NCBI RefSeq assembly: GCF_900187275.1
Contig: NZ_LT906458.1
Location: forward strand, 900,001-932,000
DNA from: Pasteurella multocida
GTDB taxonomy: Bacteria > Pseudomonadota > Gammaproteobacteria > Enterobacterales > Pasteurellaceae
DNA: 32,000 nucleotides
Direction: 5' to 3'
The first letter of the stretch is position 1. Each line of letters opens with the position of its first letter. Shown in pieces: positions 19,480 to 30,419 of this stretch. Made by a program: the position numbers and the translations under genes. Under the pieces are notes generated by a model that saw nothing but the letters and a program-made list of their open reading frames with translations, ran no database searches and was not told the DNA's origin.

Positions 19480-22344
19480 CTACAACGCCTCAATCGCCAA
19501 ATACTGCTGTTTGAGTTTATTTAACCCTTCTGCGTATTCCGCCATTTTGGCTCGTTCTTTTTCAATCACTGCCGGTGGGGCTTTCGCCACGAAAGCCTCG
19601 TTTGCGAGTTTGTTTTCAATACGTTGGATTTCGCCTTGGTATTTTTCAATCTCTTTATTCAACCGCGCAAGTTCTGCTTCTTTATTGACAAAGCCTGCCA
19701 TTGGTACAAGTAATTCTGCGTTGTTGACCAATTTTGCCACTGAAAGTGGGGCATCTTCCCCAGCCTCAAGCACACGGATAGCATCTAATTTTGCCATCGC
19801 TTGGATTAAAGTGCGGTTGTTTTCCAGTGCGTTTTGATCCGCTTCTGACAGATTACGCAATAATAAATCTAAGCCTTTACTTGGTGGAATGTTGCTTTCT
19901 GCGCGGATATTACGCACCGCAACAATTACTTCTTTCATCCAGTTGATTTCCGCTTCGGCTTGATAATCCAAGGCACTTTGCTCAAATTGAGGGAAAGCTT
20001 GGAGCATAATGGTATCGCCACTTACTCCCGCAAACGCTTTCACTTTATGCCAAATTTCTTCCGTGATAAATGGCATCACTGGGTGTGTTAAACGCAATAA
20101 TTTTTCTAGCACGTTGATCAAAGTTTGGCTCGCCCCACGTTTTTGCGCTACGCTACCATTAGCAAAAACAGGTTTCGTCAATTCCAAATACCAGTCACAG
20201 AATTGGTTCCAGGTGAACTCATACAAGGCGGTTGCACATAAATCAAAACGGAACTGCGCTAAGGCATTGCGGAAGGCTTCTACCGTACGATTAAATTCGG
20301 ACTGAATCCAACGATCTGCTACAGAATATTCCACGCTGCCTTCGCTGAGATCTAATTTATCATTGGTTAACACAAAACGGCTTGCATTCCATAATTTGTT
20401 ACAGAAATTGCGATAGCCTTCTAAACGTTTCATGTCCCAGTTAATGTCACGCCCGTTTGTCGCTAACGCCGTCAAAGTGAAACGCAAGGCGTCTGTACCG
20501 TGTTCCGCGATACCTTCTGGGAAGGCTTTGATAGTTGCTTTGGCAATTTTTTCCGCCAATTGCGGCTGCATCATGTTGCCAGTGCGTTTTTCTAGCAAGC
20601 TTTCCAGATCAATACCGTCAATCATATCTAATGGATCAATGACGTTGCCTTTTGATTTGGACATTTTTTGTCCTTGCTCATCACGAATCAAGCCAGTGAC
20701 ATACACGGTTTTGAATGGTACTTGTGGTTTGCCGTTTTCATCTTTCACAAAATGCATGGTGAACATGATCATACGTGCCACCCAGAAGAAAATGATATCA
20801 AAGCCAGTGATCAACACATCTGTTGAGTGGAACATTTTCAGATCTGGGGTTTGTTTTGGCCAACCGAGGGTAGAGAACGTCCATAAACCGGATGAGAACC
20901 ACGTATCTAACACATCTTCATCTTGTTTTAATGGCAAATCCGCAGGCAAGTTGTGTTTTGCTCGCACTTCCGCTTCATCTCGTGCCACATACACATTACC
21001 CTGCTCGTCATACCACGCAGGGATACGGTGTCCCCACCAAAGTTGGCGAGAAATACACCAGTCTTGAATATCACGCATCCAAGAGAAATACAGATTTTCA
21101 TATTGTTTTGGTACGAATTGGATTTCGCCGTCTTCCACCGCTTTCACTGCCACTTCGGCAAGCGGTTTCACGCTCACATACCATTGGTCAGTGAGCATTG
21201 GCTCAATTGGCACGCCACCACGATCGCCGTAAGGCACTTTCAAATCGTGCGGTTTAATTTCGTCTAGTAAACCCAATTCCTCAAAATCCGCCACGATTTG
21301 TTTACGTGCGGCAAAACGCTCCATTCCTTGATATTTGGTTGGAATAAGTGCGGTGTAATTTTCAAGAATTTTGCTGTCTGACCCGATGATTTCCGCTTCG
21401 GCACGAATATCCGCATTTAGGGTCATCACGTTCACCATTGGTAATTGGTGACGTTTACCTACTTCGTAGTCGTTGAAATCATGTGCTGGAGTAATTTTTA
21501 CCACGCCTGTACCAAATTCACGATCAACATAATCATCAGCAATAATTGGAATCTCACGATTGGCTAAAGGTAAAACAACCGTTTTGCCGATAAGCGATTG
21601 ATAGCGTTCATCTTCAGGGTGCACCGCTACCGCTGTATCACCTAACATGGTTTCTGGACGGGTGGTTGCTACCACTAAATAATCCTTCCCATCTGCCGTT
21701 TTCGCCCCATTGGCTAATGGATACCGGAAATGCCAAAGTGAGCCTTTGCTTTCTTTGTTTTCTACTTCGAGATCAGAAATCGCGGTGTGTAATTTTGGAT
21801 CCCAGTTCACCAAACGTTTACCGCGATAGATCAAACCTTCTTCGTGTAAACGCACAAACACTTCTTTTACCGCATCAGACAAGCCCTCATCCATGGTGAA
21901 ACGCTCACGATCCCAGTCGATTGAGTTACCTAAACGGCGCATTTGTTGGCTAATTGTGCCACCTGAATAGGCTTTCCAATCCCAAATTTTATCAATGAAG
22001 GCTTCACGCCCGTAATCATGGCGAGTTTTGCCTTCTTCTGCCGCGATTTTACGCTCCACCACCATTTGGGTCGCAATCCCCGCGTGGTCAGTACCTGTTT
22101 GCCATAAGGTGTTGTGCTCTTCCATACGATTGAAACGGATTAAAATATCCATCAAGGTTTGTTGGAAAGCGTGTCCCATGTGCAAGCTCCCCGTGACGTT
22201 CGGCGGAGGAATGGCAATCGAATAACTTGGTTTTGAAGTATCTTCTGACGGTTTAAAATAACCGCTTTCTTCCCAGTGTTTATACAGGGCTTGTTCCACT
22301 GCAGATGGCGTAAAACGATCTGCCATTTCGAAGTTTTGTGTCAT
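19480..22344 (-). CDS. valS: valyl-tRNA synthetase
   Basis: Starts [25 protein letters not shown]; [15 protein letters not shown] (HIGH) and [12 protein letters not shown] (KMSKS) motifs. Tracked start at 22389 is probably too early. Confidence 0.97.
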   Translation of the reverse strand: MTQNFEMADRFTPSAVEQALYKHWEESGYFKPSEDTSKPSYSIAIPPPNVTGSLHMGHAFQQTLMDILIRFNRMEEHNTLWQTGTDHAGIATQMVVERKIAAEEGKTRHDYGREAFIDKIWDWKAYSGGTISQQMRRLGNSIDWDRERFTMDEGLSDAVKEVFVRLHEEGLIYRGKRLVNWDPKLHTAISDLEVENKESKGSLWHFRYPLANGAKTADGKDYLVVATTRPETMLGDTAVAVHPEDERYQSLIGKTVVLPLANREIPIIADDYVDREFGTGVVKITPAHDFNDYEVGKRHQLPMVNVMTLNADIRAEAEIIGSDSKILENYTALIPTKYQGMERFAARKQIVADFEELGLLDEIKPHDLKVPYGDRGGVPIEPMLTDQWYVSVKPLAEVAVKAVEDGEIQFVPKQYENLYFSWMRDIQDWCISRQLWWGHRIPAWYDEQGNVYVARDEAEVRAKHNLPADLPLKQDEDVLDTWFSSGLWTFSTLGWPKQTPDLKMFHSTDVLITGFDIIFFWVARMIMFTMHFVKDENGKPQVPFKTVYVTGLIRDEQGQKMSKSKGNVIDPLDMIDGIDLESLLEKRTGNMMQPQLAEKIAKATIKAFPEGIAEHGTDALRFTLTALATNGRDINWDMKRLEGYRNFCNKLWNASRFVLTNDKLDLSEGSVEYSVADRWIQSEFNRTVEAFRNALAQFRFDLCATALYEFTWNQFCDWYLELTKPVFANGSVAQKRGASQTLINVLEKLLRLTHPVMPFITEEIWHKVKAFAGVSGDTIMLQAFPQFEQSALDYQAEAEINWMKEVIVAVRNIRAESNIPPSKGLDLLLRNLSEADQNALENNRTLIQAMAKLDAIRVLEAGEDAPLSVAKLVNNAELLVPMAGFVNKEAELARLNKEIEKYQGEIQRIENKLANEAFVAKAPPAVIEKERAKMAEYAEGLNKLKQQYLAIEAL

Positions 22345-22404
22345 TGTTTTTTCTCTTTTATCTCTCAATTTTATTGAATCGCTTGGCATACAATGCCTTA
22401 ATAC

Positions 22405-22923
22405 TTATTTATTCTCTTCAACGATGTTCTTTTTTATCTCATCGACGTGATATCTTACCCAAGTGTTTTCAGGGATCTGGTGTGTTTCTCGAATAATCCG
22501 GTTCGGCAAAGTAAATCGAATGCTTTGCTGATTTTTATCCTGCCAATACCACAATAAATAAACTGGCGAGGTACGTTCTTTTAGCCATTTATCCAAAATC
22601 CCTGCGTAATCCTCCACCTGTTGTGATCTTTTGTGTGCTAGCTGCTTTTCTTTATCATGCAAACGACGTTGAATAGCAGGTTCACTTAATCCTTTACGAC
22701 GCCATTTTTTAATAGTTTGTGCGAGCAAATTTTGATCGGCTTCTACATGATCTGTATTTTGAATTATGCCACAAGCGCACATCCCATTGCTGATGTCATA
22801 ACAAATCAGATTTTGTTGACTCTCATCAAAAACAATATCTGTTGCAATCTTGAGATGAAATTGCCGTAAACTACCTAATATTGCGGCTGTTTTTTCAGTA
22901 ACACATAATAAACGCCAACACAT
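22405..22923 (-). CDS. hypothetical protein, 172 aa
   Basis: Intact ORF with normal codon texture between valS and tpx; no family recognised. Confidence 0.65.
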   Translation of the reverse strand: MCWRLLCVTEKTAAILGSLRQFHLKIATDIVFDESQQNLICYDISNGMCACGIIQNTDHVEADQNLLAQTIKKWRRKGLSEPAIQRRLHDKEKQLAHKRSQQVEDYAGILDKWLKERTSPVYLLWYWQDKNQQSIRFTLPNRIIRETHQIPENTWVRYHVDEIKKNIVEENK

Positions 22924-23052
22924 ATCCCATGCCCAGCAAAATAATATATTAAATTAAAATTACTAAATGGTGTCAGACGATTACGAAAAACATCAAAAGC
23001 GACAATCAATGTCGCTTTGATTTATCCTTTGATTTCAAAAGGAAAAATAAAA

Positions 23053-23550
23053 TTAAAGCACCGCTAAGGCTGCGTCGTAATTTGGTTCTTGTTTGATTTC
23101 TGGTACTAACTCACTGTGTAATACACGGTTATTTTCATCTAATACGATTACTGCACGGGCGGTTAAACCAGCTAATGGACCTTCAACAATATCCACACCT
23201 AATTGTTTGTGGACATCTTTATTGCGGAAAGTGGATACCGTGAAGACATTTTCTAGACCTTCTGCGCCACAGAAACGTGCTTGTGCAAAAGGTAAATCCG
23301 CTGAAAGACATAATACTGCGGTATTCGCTAATTTTGCTGCTTGTTCATTGAATTTGCGTACAGATGTCGCACAAATCCCCGTATCAATACTTGGGAAAAT
23401 ATTTAAAATTTTACGCTTACCCGCGAAATTGGCTAAAGTCGTATCTTCTAATTTTGCACTCACCGTAGTGAAATCTGTAACTACATCGCCAACTTGCGGA
23501 AATACACCTGAAACTTCAATTTCTGTGCCTGCTAATGTAATTTTACTCAT
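23053..23550 (-). CDS. tpx: thiol peroxidase
   Basis: [28 protein letters not shown]; [17 protein letters not shown] peroxidatic Cys motif; [13 protein letters not shown]. Confidence 0.95.
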   Translation of the reverse strand: MSKITLAGTEIEVSGVFPQVGDVVTDFTTVSAKLEDTTLANFAGKRKILNIFPSIDTGICATSVRKFNEQAAKLANTAVLCLSADLPFAQARFCGAEGLENVFTVSTFRNKDVHKQLGVDIVEGPLAGLTARAVIVLDENNRVLHSELVPEIKQEPNYDAALAVL

Positions 23551-23759
23551 AATCATGTCCTCTTTTATTCATCAGATTAAATCCCCTATCCCACCCATTT
23601 TTACTCAGATCAACACGGGGTTGTTACAGTACACTGTTTTTGTACGATTTCACTTGTACGGAGCAGAAGTTGTTCAGAAAAATGAACGGCTCTTCGTTCC
23701 CATAAGTGTGTTTTTGTGTTCGCCTCTGACTAAAAATACCTAAAAATTGACCGCACTTT

Positions 23760-24215
23760 CTACAAATCGTATTGCCAATTTGCTTGTTGAATAAACACAT
23801 CAAGCTCACGATGCGCTTTGGCGACTTGATCTGCTTGTTGACGAATCGCTTTAATATCTACCGCAGAAAGCATTTTAATTTCACTACGACTATAACGATC
23901 TTGCTCCGGTAACGCAGCATCCGCCAATTTCATTAAAGTAGCATGTTCCTCTTTTAAACGATCACGCTTCGCCAACGCTTCAACCATGTTCATGCCATTG
24001 GCTAAGCAAATTTGATGATTGGCTTGATTAATCTCTACCACTAATTTCTCTAATTGATCCGCCACGCTTTGATATTCAAGCAATAAATCCGCGGGATGCT
24101 CTGCTGGCTTTTCGCCTTCTTGATATTTTGCATTTTGCTGTAAACGCTGATTCAGTTGCGCCAAACGGCGTTGGGCATCTGCACGTTGCATGAGGGCTTC
24201 AGCTAATTTCATCAT
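23760..24215 (-). CDS. DIP1984 (septicolysin-like) family protein
   Basis: MKLAEALMQRADAQRRLAQLNQRLQQNAKYQEGEKPAE family N-terminus; RYSRSEIKMLSAVDI. Confidence 0.75.
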   Translation of the reverse strand: MMKLAEALMQRADAQRRLAQLNQRLQQNAKYQEGEKPAEHPADLLLEYQSVADQLEKLVVEINQANHQICLANGMNMVEALAKRDRLKEEHATLMKLADAALPEQDRYSRSEIKMLSAVDIKAIRQQADQVAKAHRELDVFIQQANWQYDL

Positions 24216-24221
24216 CTCCCC

Positions 24222-24650
24222 TTACTTGATTTGCTCTGTTGATAATTGCCAGCCAAGTTGTCGTAATTGTTTATAACGCTCTCTGGCTAGCACTTTTAAA
24301 TGCTCTTCCACTGGCACAAAATCAATCACCTGTGTAAAACTGCTGACATAATCTGGTACCTCTGCCTGTAAATTAATCAAGAGATCTCGGCGTTGCGCAT
24401 TACGCTTACCTTTCCAGCTCACCTCAATCGGTGTAGCATACGTCGTCACTTCACCTGATAAATTATGTGGCACAAACTCATCTGCCTCTCTTGCCCATAA
24501 GGCTTCATCAATATCCAACGCTTGTTGTTCAGTTTCGCAAGCAATTAACACGCGCTTACCAAGACGCCACGCGGATGCGGCAAAATCACAAGCCATTTTT
24601 TCCATTTGTGCTTGCTCGCTTAACAAATAAAATTGCGCGTGTTTAGACAT
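24222..24650 (-). CDS. holC: DNA polymerase III subunit chi
   Basis: AQFYLLSE, ACDFAASAWRLGKRVLIACETEQQALDIDEALWAREADEFVPHN, RREQLRxxG-type tail (RERYKQLRQLGWQL); upstream of valS region as commonly found. Confidence 0.88.
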   Translation of the reverse strand: MSKHAQFYLLSEQAQMEKMACDFAASAWRLGKRVLIACETEQQALDIDEALWAREADEFVPHNLSGEVTTYATPIEVSWKGKRNAQRRDLLINLQAEVPDYVSSFTQVIDFVPVEEHLKVLARERYKQLRQLGWQLSTEQIK

Positions 24651-24786
24651 CGATCACTTAGCTCCTGAGTCAAAGGTATAACTTGATGATTTTATCGAAA
24701 AAGTCACAGAAGATAAAATACTAATTCGCAGATTTAGGATTTTCTTTTGTGTTTCAGATTACACGTCAGAAAATAGACCGCACTTT

Positions 24787-24800
24787 ATGATCTAAATCAC
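24787..24800. promoter_or_regulatory. FNR-like site ATGATCTAAATCAC upstream of fumC
   Basis: Core TGAT-N4-ATCA of TTGAT-N4-ATCAA intact, outermost base of each half-site differs. Confidence 0.4.
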
Positions 24801-24900
24801 AAAACTCAGTTTTGCCGCTTGGGATTGATTCCACATCTAACCCGCAAGTGTTAGAATCTTCCCATTCATTTTCTTCATATTTAAACAAAGAGGTAACACT

Positions 24901-26295
24901 ATGACATTTCGTATCGAAAAAGACACTATGGGTGAAGTACAAGTTCCTGCCGATAAATATTGGGCAGCGCAGACTGAACGCTCACGCAATAATTTCAAAA
25001 TTGGACCTGAAGCCTCTATGCCAAAAGAGATTATTGAAGCCTTTGGTTATTTAAAAAAAGCAGCCGCTTATGCTAACCATGATTTAGGTGTATTACCAGT
25101 GGAAAAACGGGATTTAATTGCACAGGCTTGTGATGAGATCCTCGCCAATAAATTAGATGATCAATTTCCTCTCGTCATTTGGCAAACCGGTTCCGGTACA
25201 CAATCCAATATGAACCTTAACGAAGTCATTTCAAACCGTGCCCATGTTTTAAATGGTGGTAAATTAGGTGAAAAATCCATTATCCATCCAAATGACGATG
25301 TGAACAAATCTCAATCTTCAAACGATACTTACCCAACAGCAATGCACATCGCGGCGTATAAAAAAGTCGTTGAAGTCACTATTCCTTGTGTAGAACGTTT
25401 ACAAAAAACCTTAGCGCAAAAAGCAGACGCCTTTAAAGATGTGGTGAAAATTGGGCGTACTCACTTAATGGACGCGACACCATTAACCTTAGGTCAAGAA
25501 TTCTCTGCTTATGCTGCCCAATTAGATTTTGGCTTACGCGCATTGAAAAACACGCTGCCACATTTAGCACAATTAGCGCTAGGCGGTACTGCAGTGGGTA
25601 CAGGTTTAAATACACCGAAAGGTTATGATGTGAAAGTGGCAGACTACATTGCAAAATTTACAGGCTTGCCATTTATCACCGCTGAAAATAAATTTGAAGC
25701 GTTAGCCACCCATGATGCCGTTGTGGAAACGCACGGCGCATTAAAACAATTAGCGGTATCCTTATACAAAATCGCAAATGATATCCGTTTATTAGCCTCT
25801 GGACCACGTTCTGGTATTGGTGAAATTTTAATTCCTGAAAATGAGCCGGGCTCTTCTATCATGCCAGGTAAAGTTAACCCAACCCAATGTGAAGCCATGA
25901 CGATGGTATGCGCGCAAGTACTCGGTAATGACACCACCATTTCCTTTGCAGGTACACAAGGTCATTTCCAATTGAACGTATTTAAACCAGTGATGGCGGC
26001 TAACTTCTTACAATCTGCTCAATTATTGGCGGATGCTTGTGTGTCCTTCGATGAACATTGTGCAGTCGGTATTGAACCAAACTTCCCTCGCATCAAAAAA
26101 CAACTTGATGATTCATTAATGTTAGTGACCGCCTTAAATACACATATCGGTTACGAAAATGCGGCGAAAATCGCGAAAACCGCACACAAAAATGGGACAA
26201 CATTAAAAGAAGAAGCAATCAACTTAGGCTTAGTTACAGCTGAACAATTTGATGAATGGGTACGTCCAGAAGATATGGTTGGTAGCTTAAAGTAA
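24901..26295 (+). CDS. fumC: class II fumarate hydratase
   Basis: 464 aa; [46 protein letters not shown] signature. Confidence 0.97.
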   Translation: MTFRIEKDTMGEVQVPADKYWAAQTERSRNNFKIGPEASMPKEIIEAFGYLKKAAAYANHDLGVLPVEKRDLIAQACDEILANKLDDQFPLVIWQTGSGTQSNMNLNEVISNRAHVLNGGKLGEKSIIHPNDDVNKSQSSNDTYPTAMHIAAYKKVVEVTIPCVERLQKTLAQKADAFKDVVKIGRTHLMDATPLTLGQEFSAYAAQLDFGLRALKNTLPHLAQLALGGTAVGTGLNTPKGYDVKVADYIAKFTGLPFITAENKFEALATHDAVVETHGALKQLAVSLYKIANDIRLLASGPRSGIGEILIPENEPGSSIMPGKVNPTQCEAMTMVCAQVLGNDTTISFAGTQGHFQLNVFKPVMAANFLQSAQLLADACVSFDEHCAVGIEPNFPRIKKQLDDSLMLVTALNTHIGYENAAKIAKTAHKNGTTLKEEAINLGLVTAEQFDEWVRPEDMVGSLK

Positions 26296-26312
26296 TTTAA
26301 GTAAAACACAGC

Positions 26313-26335
26313 AAGGCGAACGTAAAGTTCGCCTT
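26313..26335 (+). terminator. fumC terminator
   Basis: AAGGCGAAC-gtaaa-GTTCGCCTT followed by TTTTT. Confidence 0.9.
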
Positions 26336-26390
26336 TTTTTTCTTTGTTTTGTTATAATCAGCACCATCAACTTTTTGTAATAGGTTTATG

Positions 26391-26999
26391 ATGAAAATTA
26401 ACACATTTCTATTTTCACTATTCTGTTTATTTTCTAGCACACTTTCTGCCCAATGGTTAAACGTCGGTAAAGCAGATTATAACTGGGGGCCTTTCCATGT
26501 TTATACAATCAGTCTTTATACTGAAACAGGGAAGTATGAAGAAAATATTCGCCCTTTAATGCTGACTTTTACTTATGCTAAGCCTATTGAAGGTAAAAAT
26601 TTTGCCATCAGCTTAATTAAAGAAATTGAAAATCTGAAACTGAAAGAGATTGATACTAAACATTATCTCAACGCCTTAAAAGCGCTTTTCCCAGATATTT
26701 CACCGAATGATGTACTGAATTATATTGCGCTCGAAGAACGAGGCTACTTTGTATTAAATGATACGATTTTAGATCAAGAGTTTGATGCCACTTTTACACA
26801 AGCATTAATTAGCATCTGGCTCTCGCCTAATACGAATTTTCCCAAATTACAACCTAAATTATTAGGTGATGAAAAACCAGAAAAAGAAGAGAAATTCCAA
26901 AATACTACGCCGAAAATCGCGCCTTTGACGGAAGATTCAACAAATCCAGAATTGCCCCCCAATTACCCATTAGATAATCGGGAAAATGAGGTGTCATAA
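26391..26999 (+). CDS. secreted chalcone isomerase-like domain protein
   Basis: Signal peptide MKINTFLFSLFCLFSSTLSAQW; WLNVGKADYNWGPFHVYTISLYTETG. Confidence 0.7.
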   Translation: MKINTFLFSLFCLFSSTLSAQWLNVGKADYNWGPFHVYTISLYTETGKYEENIRPLMLTFTYAKPIEGKNFAISLIKEIENLKLKEIDTKHYLNALKALFPDISPNDVLNYIALEERGYFVLNDTILDQEFDATFTQALISIWLSPNTNFPKLQPKLLGDEKPEKEEKFQNTTPKIAPLTEDSTNPELPPNYPLDNRENEVS

Positions 27000-27003
27000 A
27001 CGC

Positions 27004-27030
27004 AAAAGACGACATTTTCTGTCGTCTTTT
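27004..27030. terminator. bidirectional terminator between convergent genes
   Basis: AAAAGACGACA-ttttc-TGTCGTCTTTT. Confidence 0.85.
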
Positions 27031-27035
27031 TTCTT

Positions 27036-27575
27036 TTAACTTTGTTTAAAGGCTTTAATACGTTGTAAATGGTGGGAAATTTTTTTGAATTTATGAGTTT
27101 CAACATCATCCCAAACTATCTCATAAAATGGCGACAAGAGCGCTGCACTCCGTTGAGAATCGAGTATCCCATCTTCTTTAGAAAGAAAAACTAAGCATTT
27201 TCCCTTATTTTTTTCTCGGAAATTTTCTACACATTTTGTTTCAATATCTTTATATTCTTCAGGACGATCAATTTTCCCTGCCATATTTTCATAAGGGAAA
27301 AGATTCGGATTAAAAATTGCCTGTTTGATACCACACAAGAAACCAATCCGTTCAGACCAATAGCCACCTAGTCCCACACCACAAATTAAAGGCGCAGGAT
27401 CCTTACTTTCCGAAACCAATTTATGTACTTCGTTCAAAAGAAATTGCATGTCATGACGTGGATGCAACGTACTGTAATTAACAAAACGGACATCCTCATC
27501 AATAAATTTCAGTTGCATCACTTTTTCATGATTGCCTGGGCTACTTGAATCAAACCCATGTAAATAAATAATCAT
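27036..27575 (-). CDS. ycfP: YcfP family alpha/beta-hydrolase-like protein
   Basis: [25 protein letters not shown]; [18 protein letters not shown]; [10 protein letters not shown]. Confidence 0.88.
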   Translation of the reverse strand: MIIYLHGFDSSSPGNHEKVMQLKFIDEDVRFVNYSTLHPRHDMQFLLNEVHKLVSESKDPAPLICGVGLGGYWSERIGFLCGIKQAIFNPNLFPYENMAGKIDRPEEYKDIETKCVENFREKNKGKCLVFLSKEDGILDSQRSAALLSPFYEIVWDDVETHKFKKISHHLQRIKAFKQS

Positions 27576-27590
27576 TTATGACTCCTCAAT

Positions 27591-28517
27591 TTAAACGATT
27601 GTCTTTGTGACATTTTGCAATGCCTGATATTTTTTCTCAAGGTGTACGATCATTTGCAATGCAATATCAATACCGCTGGTTTTTTCAATCATCTCTAAAC
27701 CCGGACTGGCGTTTACTTCAAGGACTAACGTCCCCCGTTTAGCACGAATGAGATCCACTCCCGCGACATCTAATCCTAAGGCTTTTGTTGCCTTGACCGC
27801 CATCGTTTTTTCCGCTTCAGATAAACTCACTTTTTCCGCCAAACCACCACGATGAAAATTAGCGCGAAATTCGCCATTCTGACTTATCCGTTGCATACTG
27901 GCGACAACTCGCTCACCAATTACAAAACAACGTAGATCTGCCCCATTCGCTTCTTCAATGAATTCTTGTGCAAGCACTGACACGTCTGCCTGCTTTAATG
28001 TTTCTAAAATACTGACCGCACTTTGCCTCTTCTCAGCCAAAATCACACCAATACCTTGCGCCCCAGACAACGTTTTTAAAATAGTCGGCGATTGCACATA
28101 TTGCATAGTACTCGGTGCCTGAAATTCGGGTCCGGCTAACAGCGAATGAGGTATCGCGATGCCTTGTGCCATCAACATTTGTAAGCTTTGCCATTTATCG
28201 CGAGCTTGTAAAAATGCTGTGGCAGAATTCAAACAAGGGACATTTTGTGCTTCAAAATGGCGTAAAACTGCACAGCCCATTTTGGTGCTTTGAGAACCAA
28301 AACGCGGAATAACAGCATCGTAATTTGACAAGCGGCTAGGCTCGTGCTCCATTGTAGCTTGATAGATAAGCTCAAAGTGCGGTGAATTTTCAGAAAGTTT
28401 CAACAAGCAACGATTGGGATCAAGAATATCCATTTGGTGTCCACTATTTTCGGCAGCTTCTTTTAAACGTTGACAGCTATATAATCGTGGCTCACGACAT
28501 AACATTAATAATTTCAT
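27591..28517 (-). CDS. rimK: RimK family ATP-grasp ligase (S6 / alpha-L-glutamate ligase)
   Basis: [59 protein letters not shown]. Confidence 0.88.
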   Translation of the reverse strand: MKLLMLCREPRLYSCQRLKEAAENSGHQMDILDPNRCLLKLSENSPHFELIYQATMEHEPSRLSNYDAVIPRFGSQSTKMGCAVLRHFEAQNVPCLNSATAFLQARDKWQSLQMLMAQGIAIPHSLLAGPEFQAPSTMQYVQSPTILKTLSGAQGIGVILAEKRQSAVSILETLKQADVSVLAQEFIEEANGADLRCFVIGERVVASMQRISQNGEFRANFHRGGLAEKVSLSEAEKTMAVKATKALGLDVAGVDLIRAKRGTLVLEVNASPGLEMIEKTSGIDIALQMIVHLEKKYQALQNVTKTIV

Positions 28518-28676
28518 AACTATTCACGAGGAAACAAAAACAGATAATAAGTGATTATATTACACTAAGCGAAGTCAGGCTGAAAAATACTTTATTCTTT
28601 TTCTTTGTATGAGGTAAAATGTGTTCCGTTTTGATCGCTATCAGATCATTTTTTTCATTCAAACAAGGAAATATGT

Positions 28677-28940
28677 ATGTTCGTCGTCATCTTTGGGCGC
28701 GCAGGTTGCCCGTATTGTGTACGTGCTAAAAACTTAGCCGACAAATTAAAACAAAGCTTACCAGATTTCGATTATCGCTATGTCGATATCGTTGCAGAAG
28801 GCATTTCTAAAGCGGATTTATCCAAATCAGTTGGGAAACCCGTTGAAACTGTACCACAAATTTTTATTGATGAAAAACCGATTGGTGGCTGTACAGATTT
28901 TGAAGCCTTAATGAAGGCACAATTCAATATTGTTGCGTAA
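28677..28940 (+). CDS. grxA: glutaredoxin 1
   Basis: MFVVIFGRAGCPYCVRAKNLADKL; CPYC active site; VETVPQIFIDEKPIGGCTDFEA. Confidence 0.95.
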   Translation: MFVVIFGRAGCPYCVRAKNLADKLKQSLPDFDYRYVDIVAEGISKADLSKSVGKPVETVPQIFIDEKPIGGCTDFEALMKAQFNIVA

Positions 28941-28949
28941 TGCAACGCC

Positions 28950-28980
28950 AAAAATGCGATGAACACCTCATCGCATTTTT
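28950..28980 (+). terminator. grxA terminator
   Basis: AAAAATGCGATGA-acacc-TCATCGCATTTTT. Confidence 0.9.
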
Positions 28981-29062
28981 TATTGCACCAAAATTCTGCT
29001 TGCATAAGATAATAAATGAATATAAATTCAGTGAAAACGAATAAGTATTAAAGGAGTTACCG

Positions 29063-30385
29063 ATGCGCAGTACAGAATTAGTTCATTGGTTTAGACAATC
29101 AACCCCTTATGTCAATATGCATAGAGGCAAAACTTTTGTCATTATGCTTGATGGGGACACTATTGCTTGTCCAAATTTTGTTAATATTATCAATGATATC
29201 AGCCTGCTACATAGTTTAGGCATTAAGTTAGTTTTAGTGTTTGGTGCACGTTATCAAATCAATGAGCTGTTACAGCAACATCAGATTGAATCGGTCTATC
29301 ATAAAAATATTCGTATTACTGACTTAACCAGTTTAGAACTGGTGAAACAAGCTGTGGGTAAGCTCAATTACGATATTGCTTCACGCTTATCACTACGTCT
29401 CCCTCATTCTCCTTTAATTGATGTGGTCAGCGGCAACTTCGTATTAGCACAACCTATTGGCGTAGATGACGGCATCGATTATCAATTAAGTGGCAAAATT
29501 CGCCGTATTAATACAGAAAGTATCCAGCAACAATTAGATCGTGATGCGATTGTCTTAATTGGACCAATTGCACCTTCTGTTACTGGAGAAAGCTTTAATT
29601 TGCCTTTCGAAGAAATTGCTTCACAGCTTGCTATTAAGTTAAAAGCTGAAAAATTGATAGGCTTTTCCGCAACACAAGGCATCTTAGATGAAAACAACCA
29701 AACAATCAGTGATCTGTTGCCGCAAGATGCCGAGCTTTACTTAGCTAAACTGATACAACAAAACCAATATCACAGCTCTCAAGCTCGCTTTTTACAAGCA
29801 GCTATTGAGGCTTGCCGATTTGGCATAAAGCGTTCACATTTGATCAGTTATGAAGAAGATGGCTCACTGTTGCAGGAATTATTTACGCGTGACGGGGTTG
29901 GTACTCAGCTATCCATGGAACATTCCGAAACCATTCGCTTAGCGACGGTCAGTGATATTCCCGCGTTACTCGAATTGATTCGTCCACTTGAACAGCAAGG
30001 AATTTTAGTCAAACGCTCGCGCGAACAATTAGAAATGGAAATTAGCCAATATACGATTATCGATCGCGATGGTGTGATTATTGCTTGTGCTGCCTTAAAT
30101 TGCTATGCCGATGAGAAAATGGCAGAAATGGCTTGTGTGGCGGTTCACCCAGATTACCGTAATTCTTCGCGTGGCGATATTTTATTAGAAGCTATCCAAA
30201 AACGGGCTAAACAACTGGGAATTGAAAAGCTGTTTGTTCTCACAACGCGTACAGTACATTGGTTCCAAGAAAGAGGTTTTCAACTCGCAGAGATCGCAGA
30301 TTTACCAGACAAAAAACGTCAACATTATAATTATCAACGTCGTTCCAAAATCTTGATTCAAGCGCTACAAAATAAAAAAGGCTAA
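29063..30385 (+). CDS. argA: N-acetylglutamate synthase (amino-acid acetyltransferase)
   Basis: 440 aa; amino-acid kinase domain plus C-terminal GNAT domain ([23 protein letters not shown]). Confidence 0.94.
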   Translation: MRSTELVHWFRQSTPYVNMHRGKTFVIMLDGDTIACPNFVNIINDISLLHSLGIKLVLVFGARYQINELLQQHQIESVYHKNIRITDLTSLELVKQAVGKLNYDIASRLSLRLPHSPLIDVVSGNFVLAQPIGVDDGIDYQLSGKIRRINTESIQQQLDRDAIVLIGPIAPSVTGESFNLPFEEIASQLAIKLKAEKLIGFSATQGILDENNQTISDLLPQDAELYLAKLIQQNQYHSSQARFLQAAIEACRFGIKRSHLISYEEDGSLLQELFTRDGVGTQLSMEHSETIRLATVSDIPALLELIRPLEQQGILVKRSREQLEMEISQYTIIDRDGVIIACAALNCYADEKMAEMACVAVHPDYRNSSRGDILLEAIQKRAKQLGIEKLFVLTTRTVHWFQERGFQLAEIADLPDKKRQHYNYQRRSKILIQALQNKKG

Positions 30386-30400
30386 CTACGTTAGCCTTTT
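30376..30400 (+). terminator. argA terminator, overlapping the stop codon
   Basis: AAAAGGCTAAC-tac-GTTAGCCTTTT; argA TAA (30383-30385) lies in the left arm. Confidence 0.85.
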
Positions 30401-30419
30401 TCTCTTTTCGCTTCTTTAC

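Noticed and set aside
20432-21267. Plus-strand ORFs of 211, 100 and 104 aa antisense to valS (also 20009..20305, 19511..19837, 21666..21899, 22028..22225)
   Set aside because: They lie opposite a full-length, motif-rich valS, overlap each other in different frames, and have implausible composition. They are typical shadow ORFs.
23093-23743. 216-aa plus-strand ORF antisense to tpx
   Set aside because: Overlaps the well-supported tpx on the opposite strand; low-complexity, no recognisable family or RBS context.
23624-23809. 61-aa minus-strand ORF MSLMCLFNKQIGN...
   Set aside because: Overlaps the 3' end of the DIP1984-family CDS in another frame; no family resemblance.
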